Part shown: positions 55,564-64,000 of the stretch, one piece after another
Layout of the letters: each line of letters starts with the position of its first letter
Position numbering within the stretch: the stretch's first letter is position 1
IMG/VR virus record: IMGVR_UViG_3300028048_000079
Location: 60,869-124,868 of that record
Length of the DNA: 64,000 nucleotides
DNA from: a virus
Taxonomy: Duplodnaviria; Caudoviricetes
Direction: 5' to 3' (one strand)
The notes under the pieces: generated by a model
What the model was told of the DNA's origin: nothing
Database searches by the model: none
Seen by the model: only the letters and a program-made list of their open reading frames with translations
Translations under genes and position numbers: made by a program

Positions 55564-56985
55564 GTCAATTACTCCTCCCTAAAGTGAGGGGCTTGTCCAC
55601 TTCCATTAAGGGTGCAGACGATTGGGTTATTGACGAAACCCTGCCGTTTAAGAACCTAAGCCTTCCGTCGACTGGAAGAATATTCGAAAACGGGTGTTTG
55701 CCTTTCTTGGCTATGTTGACCGCTGCGTTCCAATCTGCATCCAATACCAAACTATCCTTGCAGTAGTAACGGCAACCAATACGTTTACCATTACGTTTGT
55801 CATTCCTACAATCTGTTTGGCTTGTGTAAACCGGAGAAACTGTTTTCACCTCTTTACCAAAAAGGTGTGCCTTGGTGGTCAGTCGTGTCTTGAACTCAGC
55901 AAACGGCACTTGCGCAATTGCGTTGTTGTGACGTTTACGTTTAAATCCATCTTTGGTCTTTGACGTGTTTTTCTTAATCTTACTTAAATCCTCCATTACA
56001 ATCACACCGGCATCGGTGGATTTAATCAATGCAAGAACCGCACGGTTCTGCATATCTCTTGACATATTACGTTCCCTACGTGATACTTTTTTCAAATGTC
56101 TCTTTGCGGATTTAGTGCCTTTCTTCTGCAAACAGCGTTTAAGGTAACGCAGTTTCCTACGATTACGAAGGTATTCCTTATCCACAAAAGCATTACCTTC
56201 AGATGTAACGAATAGACGTTTCATACCCAAGTCCACACCGATGGAGTTGTCATTACATACTACGGTATCCGGTACATTAAAAGGTACAGAAAGCCATAGG
56301 GTATTGTTACGTAGGAATAATAATGGGTCACATGGCTTATACATGGAAAACATTTGTTTTTCCTTGTCATAAGTGACAAATGGTATGGTGGTGCGTTTTC
56401 CCTTTATGCCTCCGCATAACGCAATGTTTCCCGCAGTAAGCCTTGAATACATGCGTTTATCGAGTGTGATTGACAAATTATGTTTTGTCGGCTTATCTCC
56501 GTTATGTTTGTTTTTGTGTTTGCTTCTTAGTGCGGACATTGCTTCTTTTTGGACACGTATTACGGATTGTGCCGGTAGATTAGGGAATTGTTCACGTACC
56601 ACGTTATAGCATTTATTATGTACTGACTTAATGGTAAGTGGTGTATTGTTATCTGCAAGCAGGCTGCTGCAAAGGCCGTATGCTTTTGCAGTGTCTGTAA
56701 GGAGTGAAACCCAGTAGTCATATGTGGTTTTATCCGGTTGCAGTTGTATGTTATACGTCAGTATCATTTTATTTATGTATTGTTCACGTCGTGAACGTAA
56801 TTTATATATAAATATGTTAATAATTATAAAAAATATCAATAATTAAGTATTTTTTGCAAAAAATATTTTGTTTTCTGTTGAAAACGTTTTATATTTGCAA
56901 ATGAAAAATAAATAAGTTTAATAATAAAAGGCTACTTTCAATTCCTCTCCACCCTGAAGGATGGAGTTTCCTTGAAAGATTTTCT
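55564..56985 (-). mobile_element. Non-autonomous IS200/IS605-family (IS1341-like) tnpB-only element, 1422 bp
   Basis: Left-end hairpin near 56937-56976 after target TTCAT; right end ...CAAGCCCCTCACTTTAGGGAGGAGTAATTGAC; no target duplication; no tnpA. Confidence 0.9.
55565..56767 (-). CDS. tnpB: RNA-guided endonuclease TnpB (400 aa)
   Basis: RuvC-I IGVDLG, RuvC-II VMEDL, RuvC-III DADWNAAVNI; degenerate Zn finger YTSQTDC; ATG at 56767. Confidence 0.92.
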   Translation of the reverse strand: MILTYNIQLQPDKTTYDYWVSLLTDTAKAYGLCSSLLADNNTPLTIKSVHNKCYNVVREQFPNLPAQSVIRVQKEAMSALRSKHKNKHNGDKPTKHNLSITLDKRMYSRLTAGNIALCGGIKGKRTTIPFVTYDKEKQMFSMYKPCDPLLFLRNNTLWLSVPFNVPDTVVCNDNSIGVDLGMKRLFVTSEGNAFVDKEYLRNRRKLRYLKRCLQKKGTKSAKRHLKKVSRRERNMSRDMQNRAVLALIKSTDAGVIVMEDLSKIKKNTSKTKDGFKRKRHNNAIAQVPFAEFKTRLTTKAHLFGKEVKTVSPVYTSQTDCRNDKRNGKRIGCRYYCKDSLVLDADWNAAVNIAKKGKHPFSNILPVDGRLRFLNGRVSSITQSSAPLMEVDKPLTLGRSN

Positions 56986-57112
56986 ATGAACTTAATATCA
57001 TCAAGGCTATTGCAGCGTAAAGTGTTAAATTTGTGTTAAAGTGGCGAAAATATTTGGATAATTCAAAAATTCTTTGTAACTTTGCACCATCAAAATTAAA
57101 CAAGTAAGAGTT

Positions 57113-60100
57113 ATGGCAGAAATTAACAATTTCAGAGGAACTAAGGTGGGAAACCTTGTTGTTGAGTGTGTTGAAATGCTCGATGATGATACATGTATTC
57201 TTTCGTTTGAAACTATTGACGATGAAGAAGATGAAAACGTTATTGATAATATTCAAGTCGAATACTGGCTCGATGAAGATAGTTGGCATTTCAATGTAAG
57301 TTACTTTGAAAAGGATAGCGGTTACTATCTCGGCATGGAAGCCGCAAATATGACAGAGGACGATAAGAACCGGTGCAAGGAGATTATTGGTGAGTATCTG
57401 AAGCAGATTACAACCGATTAAGGTTGTATTTGTGAATTACAAGTGAAAATGGTTGTATTTTAAAAATCAATTAATATGAAGATTTGGATAGTAAATTACA
57501 CAAGTTACGAATCTGATTACTTAGACACTGAAAACAAAGTATATACAGACGAACAAGAAGCCGTTAATGAGCATACCAATAATATACTCCATATTGCACA
57601 TGAAGTGTATGAGGAAAACGATGCGGATAGTTGGTTTGAGGAACACAAAAACGATACCCACATTTCAGAGGGTGTTAATGGTGATGTATATAAGTGCAGT
57701 ATTGAAGAATTTGATGTTTAATTATGACAGAAAGAAATCAAAAATTAATTGAGCAGTTGAAAGACCGGATTGAAAAGACGGGTGAAATAGATGATTATGC
57801 TTATGAAATTGTAGATGCAATTGATTCTTCTGGTGAAATAAGTGCTATATATGAAGCACATGAGTTAATTGGTGAAGAAGTTGAATTTGATTAACATAAA
57901 ATAATATAACAATGAGTAAGATTTGCTTGAACGTTACAATGCGTGTTATCGTTGATGCAAAAATTAACGATAACGAGGATATTATGGAGTATCTGGATTG
58001 CTATGCAGATGGTGACAATACTCACGTCATGGTACTTGAGCATGAGGTACAAGACTATACAATAGAGGATGCAAAATAAATATTAATCAATATAAAGATA
58101 GAAGTTATGGGTCAGAGAACACAAGTATTAGTTATTAAGGAAAATAACAAAAAAGAGCGTAAGATTACATTTCTTCACCATCAATGGGGTTTTGGCCGGA
58201 TGATGTATATGGCTTTAATGGATATGTTCTTTCAGGATTACCATAAGGACACATTCAAGAGGGGTTATTCATTCCTTACTCCGGCGGCAGTGGCAACAAG
58301 TAGTAGTTTCTACGATTGTACTGATGAAGTGCCTACAAGGGTGTTGAAAGATGTTGACCCAAACAATTTTGCCAGTATTGTGCGTGTCTTTGATTATGGT
58401 GACAATAACAATGGCGGTTTGGTGATTTACATCAAAGAGAAAAAGAAAGAGTATGATACGTCAAATTTCAAAATCGGTTTTCTGCTTGGATGGGAGGACA
58501 CCTATCGCAAGTATGAAGATGGAGAGGAAATTAATGTAGGCCATGATAAAAAGCCGTTCTTACGTTGGCTTACACCGGAGGAATATGGTAAGATGAATGG
58601 TGGTAGCGACTATTCAGATGAAAAGTTTGTCCGTATTTTTATGCGATTCTGCCGCTATTTTGGTGTTAAGTTCTTCAAAAATATTTCTACACCGGAAGAG
58701 AATCTTGCAGATATAACGGAGTTGCGTAATGAGTTTAAAGAGTATGAGGAAACGTTTGAAAATAAACGTTCAATCCCTTATGGTTATAATTATGAGGGTG
58801 AAACATATCTCTTGGCTGCAAGATATTATGATGGTACAGAGGGTGAATTTGAAGTGTATGCGTATTTTCTTATTAAGTCTTTTGAGAATCCAATTAAAGA
58901 CATCGAAACCGATGGTTGGAATAAAGGATGGGGTAAAATTACCGGCAAAGCATTGAAGATTATCTCAAAGAACACCGGTTTATCTAAGAATAAAATTCTT
59001 TCTGGCGGTATTCGTAAGCCCGATTGGAAGATTGTGACTTGGGGAGAAAATGCAGTTAAAACCTATGATACACTTAGGTTTATCGAACAGAATCATATTC
59101 AAGGTGTTGTATTAAAAAATACTATAAAGGTCTATTAGGCATGAATTTTGCGGAAAAGGTATTTAATCTTCGTAGTGAGATTATAACTGATATTAAAGAG
59201 TTAGTGTTAAAACATGGTATCATTACTGATACTGGTAAACATAGCCTTGATTGTTGGGGATATAGAATGGCTAACTCAACGATAACAATTCATTTTGTTG
59301 AATATTCACCAATATTAGGTATATGTTTTGACATGGGTGACGATGTGGTTCACTACCAGTCTGAACTTACTATTGAGGAAATAGCAAACCTTGATGATAT
59401 TTTGCATTTGTACTATAAAGAATAAAAAAAAATTAATTAAAATGGATAGAATTAATAAGAATACGCTTGAAAGCATTTTGGAGAACATTAACGAGCAGAC
59501 CAAAGAGGAATACACATTAAGGCAGTCTAATGGTGGCTATAGCCTTTATATACGTACAGAAACGGGTGGTCTATCAATTAGCAATTTCGGTACTGATTTG
59601 TGCCTTACAGCAAGGGAAATGTACTATTATCTTCGTGGACTGCAAAAGGCTATTTCATCCTTAAGATGGCATGGTAGCAAAGAGTTACTGAAACCTATAT
59701 GTTAAAATAGTGTTAAAAACCGATTTTTCTTTGGCTATTTCAGAATTTTTTCGTACCTTTGTACTATCAGAATAAGTAAGAAAATATGGGAAAGTTAAAG
59801 TTACAGCATCATTATGATGAAGTTCGTTCAAGCCTTGAAAAGTATATCAAGGAGAATGGACTTGAAGAAACTATCAATAGCGAGATTAAAAACGTTCGCC
59901 CCGGTATTCCCGATGAAAGACGTAAATGGGCAATGTCGTATAACATGTGGTTTAAGGTTGAACGTGATGTACGTTATCCTATCAGCCGTGAAAAAGGTGT
60001 GGATGATAGTCATATTGCTTCCCTTATGGAAAAGATTTGTAAGAATATGGGTATTTTCGATAAATTCTAAATGACATGAAAAAACAGGATATTTTTACTA

Positions 60101-62403
60101 TCAGTGCATTAAACATCAAGACCGGTGAAGATGTCACACCTATGTATTGTCTGAAAAACTATTACAATGAGGGTGATGCAACAGATGATGCAATCGCCCT
60201 TGCTAATCAGTTCAAAGATGATGAAGAAGTTATTGAGATTACTGTCTACGCCGGTGAATATGAAGATGTAGATACTTGTGATGTGTTTGGTGAGCCTTTT
60301 GATATTTTCACGGCTACAAATACTACTAAGGAAAAATCAAGGATTGCAAGAGAGAAAGAGAATTATGTTAAAACCACCGGACTTAATTATTATGCCGGTG
60401 AAGAATAATAGATAAAAACTAATTAAGATTTATGTTGCAATATTTGGACAAAAAAGATGAATGGCATACCTTAGATTTAATGGCAGTAAAGGAAATTATT
60501 CCGGAAGGTTGGGGTTGTATGAGTATTCATCTGAAAGATGGTAGTGTAATTGTCGCACAATATATGGAAAGTCGCTGATATGAACGATAATTCTCATTAT
60601 AAGAGTTAAGTTTGAACACTTTAAGGTTATAAATAACATCAAATAACTATGGCAAAAGAAAAGAAACCTACATACGGATGGGTGGAGAAATTGGTAAATA
60701 AAATTACCAAATCGAATGCACCGCTGAATAATAGTTTTTTATACTATGGGTACGGGGTTGAACAATTATCCGGTACACCCGATTATACCTCTGTGGATAT
60801 TTGTGACAAAGGTACATGGCGAAATGAGTTGGTGCGTTTTAGTTTCGATTTTCTGACAAGAGAACTGCATTTCTTTTCATACGCTGATGATGAAATACGG
60901 ATGGCATTTGTTAAGGCATTTGTCTTGTATTACGATAATGTAAATGTGTCGGACGAAACTCTTAAAGACCGGAGATTGGAATACCAGTGGTATCTTGATA
61001 ATTCAGAAGAATATGATGAAGATGTTCTGGAAGATGCCAAGAAAGAATTGGAGATTATTGATAATCTACCTATCGGTTGGGTAAAAATGAAAGATTTAAA
61101 AGACAAATAAAATGAATTCGACAAGTAAATATTCAAATAAAGACGTAGCACATAAATTTGATAATCAGAGTAGGTTAGGATATGCAATTTCCGGAAATCG
61201 TGGTGGTAATCCACAAGTAAAGGATGATATCGGTTATGCAACTTTATTCATCGACAATGCAAGTGGGTGTCAGTATGGTGGCTCTGAAATAAGTGTCAAT
61301 GCTTTCAGTGGATTTGGAGATACCTATGAGCGTAGGGATAAATGTGAGATAACAATATGCAATGAGGGAAAAGAAGTGTTCAGAGGTGGTTTTGATGAAC
61401 TTGTGAACAAATTGCAGCCAATAGAGTAACCGGCGTACTCGAATGAGTACATAAAACATTAATTGATATGAGTAATCTTTTGACAAAACTTGGCCGTGTA
61501 TATCGTGACTATTACTTTGAGGTAACTGGACGTAAAGGTGGTTACATCACACAAGAAGAAAGAGATAGAGCAAGAAAACGTAATCGTAAAAAGAATAAAA
61601 AATGAGACCGGATATTCGTTTAAAGTTGGCAAAAGAAGAATATGATTCAGCCAAAAATGAGTTTTCTCTTGCAGTTGAGAAATGGTTTGAAAAAAACTAT
61701 AAACCAAAGGAAGGAGAGGATGATGTGATGTTTAGTGACGCACATCTTCGTCCGGATGGAGATATTAGCATATCATATAGTTTTTGTAATTTTGAAACAA
61801 TGGATAACTATTATAAGAGGTTGACAGATGATGATGGCCACTATTATAGTAGCCTTATTGTGAAACCGGAAGAAGTTTTTAAATAGATTAATATTATGAC
61901 GAAAGAAGAAGCTATCACAAAGTTAAAAGAGTGCCAAAAGAATTATGACACCGAAATCGCGCATGATATCGCTGATGGTATTTTATGTGACTTACTGGAA
62001 GGATTAGGGTATCAAGATGTAGTCAAAGAATATCATAAAGTGAGTAAATGGTACGCATAATAAAAAAAAATAGATTAATATTATGACGAAAGATGAATTG
62101 TGGAAAAAACTTACAGAAGCCGCTGAAAAATACGAGAAAGAGAAACAAGAAATTTTGAAGCAATGTGCTGAAGAGAATTGTGATATTAAAATCGGTGATA
62201 TTGTTACAGACCACTTTCAAACAATAAAGGTTGAAAAAATGACCTATTATTATGATTGTATGAGACAAATGCCGGAAATGGTATTTTACGGTGCTAACTA
62301 CAAGAAAGACGGAACAATTTCCAAAAGGCAGCAACCTACACAAGCACCGGTTTATCAGACAAATGTGACGTTCGTTAATGGGGAAAAATATAAATTCAAT
62401 TAA
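57113..62403 (+). CDS. Array of hypothetical genes (starts 57113, 57476, 58107, 59141, 59442, 59786, 60076, 60649, 61112, 61602, 62083, plus several under 60 aa)
   Basis: Co-oriented ORFs behind promoters at 57077 and 59754; 62083 shares a KKDGT motif with 46339. Confidence 0.7.
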
Positions 62404-62404
62404 T

Positions 62405-62902
62405 ATGCAGAATCAAGAGTGCTATGACAAGAACGGAAAGTTTCTTGGATGGTTTAGTCGGTCTATGGCAACCGCAGTATTTGTCTTTGCCAAAGATAAA
62501 GAAAACGACTGGTGCATTTTAGGGTCTGAACGTGGAGAAGAGGCCGCAGATTATCGGGGTTACTGGAATTGTCCTTGTGGCTACCTTGAGTTCGATGTCA
62601 CCGCAGCAGAAAATGCTTGTAAGGAGTTGAAAGAGGAAACCGGTGTTTCACTTAAAGAAAGTGATTTGCAGTTTGTTGGCTACAATGATAGTCCAAATGA
62701 AAACAGACAGAATGTTACCTTCCGTTTCTGTGCATTTATTAAGGATAAGAAAGCGGAGGATTTCAAATTCTCTCATGCCGGTAATGAGGGAAAAGAGGTT
62801 GGAATGATTAAGTTCATCAAGGTACAAAACATCATGTTCTATCTGTGGGCATTTGGACATGAAAAGTTAATCAGAGATATATTCTGGAAGTATCGTCCTT
62901 AA
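62405..62902 (+). CDS. NUDIX hydrolase
   Basis: WNCPCGYLEFDVTAAENACKELKEETG Nudix box. Confidence 0.88.
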   Translation: MQNQECYDKNGKFLGWFSRSMATAVFVFAKDKENDWCILGSERGEEAADYRGYWNCPCGYLEFDVTAAENACKELKEETGVSLKESDLQFVGYNDSPNENRQNVTFRFCAFIKDKKAEDFKFSHAGNEGKEVGMIKFIKVQNIMFYLWAFGHEKLIRDIFWKYRP

Positions 62903-62992
62903 AGTGTTAAACTAATGTTAAAGTCGGGAAAATATTTGGTATTCTCGACTTTTTTTATTACCTTTGCATCGTAATTAAAAAACAGATATAAT

Positions 62993-63226
62993 ATGAAGCA
63001 GTATCAAAAATTTAAGCCAAAGGTTTTTACATGGGATAATATGTTTATCTTTCTGTTCGGTGTGATGTTCGGCTATTTTGCATATTCAGGCGGCAATTGG
63101 GCTGTGGCCGTATCTCTTGCCGCTATGTATGTCGGTTTATGCCTAATTAGTAACAGAGTTGCTTTCAACAATGATAATATCGAAACATTGCATGATGAAA
63201 TTGAAGAATTAAAGAAGAATAAATAA
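62993..63226 (+). CDS. Small two-TM membrane protein
   Basis: Two hydrophobic helices plus coiled tail; same layout as 52401-52658. Confidence 0.7.
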   Translation: MKQYQKFKPKVFTWDNMFIFLFGVMFGYFAYSGGNWAVAVSLAAMYVGLCLISNRVAFNNDNIETLHDEIEELKKNK

Positions 63227-63258
63227 TATGACAATCAGAGTATCAGAAGATTATTCAT

Positions 63259-64000
63259 ATAATTCTTTCAAGGAAACTCCATCCTTTAGGGTGGAGAGGA
63301 ATTGAAAGTAGCCTTTTATTATTAAATTATTAAACTTATTTATTTCTCACTTGCAAATATACAATGTTTTCGGCAGAAAACAAAATATTTTTTGCAAAAA
63401 ATACTTAATTATTGAGAAATTTTATAATTATTAACATATTTATATATAAATAACAACTAATACAGATGTACCTGACAACAAAAGTACAACTCACACAGAA
63501 TAACAAGGATAACATTAACCTTGATATACTCTATAAACTCGCATACCACAATGCAAGACTATACAACGTGGGATTGTATAACGTCAGACAACATTTCTTC
63601 AACACTAACTCATACCTATCATACTTCTCTAACCATACAGAGTGCCAAACAAACGAAAACTATGCACTACTGCTTACAGACTGTGCACAGCAGACACTAA
63701 GACTGGTAGATAGAGATATGAACTCATTCTTTAAACTACTTAAAGCAAAAAAATACGGAAAGTATTCATTCCCAGTACACCTACCAAAATATAAGGATAA
63801 GGAAGGAATTATGTCTTTCGCAGTACAAGGACGCTCATGCAGAATACAGAAAAACGGTACCGTGGCAATTGGTCTTACAAAGGAGTTTCGTGAACTATAC
63901 GGAATAACCGAAAGACGTTTCCTTATCACAATACCACGTAATCTACGTGATATACCGGTATTCAAGGAAATGAGGTTTATACCAAGGTACGGAGGAAAGG
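63259..64000 (+). mobile_element. Second IS200/IS605-family element (right part outside the window)
   Basis: TTCAT at 63254-63258, then a left end near-identical to the reverse complement of 56985-56800; interrupts an ORF starting at 63228. Confidence 0.88.
63466..64000 (+). CDS. tnpB: TnpB N-terminal part (truncated by the window; missing from the ORF track)
   Basis: MYLTTKVQL...ARLYNVGLYNVRQHFF...CAQQTLRLVDRDMNSFFKLLK...LPKYK, open to the window end. Confidence 0.8.
   Translation, partial: MYLTTKVQLTQNNKDNINLDILYKLAYHNARLYNVGLYNVRQHFFNTNSYLSYFSNHTECQTNENYALLLTDCAQQTLRLVDRDMNSFFKLLKAKKYGKYSFPVHLPKYKDKEGIMSFAVQGRSCRIQKNGTVAIGLTKEFRELYGITERRFLITIPRNLRDIPVFKEMRFIPRYGGK

Larger units (their letters stand above)
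55344..57020 (+). pseudogene. 84-aa gene split by IS insertion (55344-55563 + 56986-57020)
   Basis: Removing 55564-56985 restores the frame ...EVNLTLF-D-ELNIIKAIAA-stop. Confidence 0.85.
3270..62970. promoter_or_regulatory. Roughly 45-50 Bacteroidetes primary-sigma promoters (-33 TTTG, -7 TAnnTTTG)
   Basis: Example + strand -7 boxes: 18304, 19703, 21138, 23534, 27227, 30258, 36465, 41445, 45218, 52841, 59754, 62959. Minus strand near 13197, 14094, 15985, 17103, 18162. Count made by eye. Confidence 0.9.

Noticed and set aside
55564-55766. C-terminal half of ORF 55344-55766 as a genuine protein
   Set aside because: It is read-through into the antisense strand of the IS right end; the native C-terminus lies at 56986-57020.
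55564-56985. Cas12f system or IStron (self-splicing IS)
   Set aside because: No adjacent array, typical IS ends, antisense to the host gene, and no room for a group I intron core.
1-64000. Stop-codon reassignment (TAG to Gln, as in Lak megaphages)
   Set aside because: Long genes are intact in code 11, and TAG stops (16712, 30621, 41211, 43131, 45153, 49193) are followed by normal intergenic gaps or new starts.
1-64000. Bacterial chromosome or integrated prophage
   Set aside because: No housekeeping operons, integrase or att junction; organisation is that of a large phage, although no capsid or terminase gene is in this window to prove it.

Overview
A 64-kb segment of an AT-rich jumbo (very large) phage infecting a Bacteroidetes host, probably Prevotella-like. 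This is inferred from roughly 45-50 Bacteroidetes-type promoters (TTTG-N~19-20-TAnnTTTG), A-rich mostly SD-less leaders and dense arrays of small orphan genes. The standard genetic code fits. Three zones are visible. (1) 1-11.8 kb: larger, probably virion-packaged cargo proteins (polyvalent ART-like protein, PRTase, two HExxH peptidases) with shared N-terminal leaders and [I/L]xE motifs. (2) 11.8-27.2 kb: a control region with a G/C-run tract, two parS sites, divergent early genes ending in Ala-Ala, five promoter-linked ORF-less copies of a ~30-nt motif, two tRNAs (Arg-CCT and an unusual Ile-TAT), several structured non-coding segments including a ~550-800 nt ornate RNA candidate, two HNH endonucleases, and a candidate origin at an apparent strand-skew flip near 27 kb. 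(3) 27.2-64 kb: co-directional early gene cassettes separated by fused terminator/promoter units, including an SF2-like ATPase, a nuclease-free 8x51-aa repeat protein, stand-alone MutS-I and S3-like KH domains, SprT, 3D and NUDIX proteins, and two tnpB-only IS200/IS605 elements with different TnpBs but the same left end and TTCAT target. All calls were made by eye; no searches or folding programs were run.
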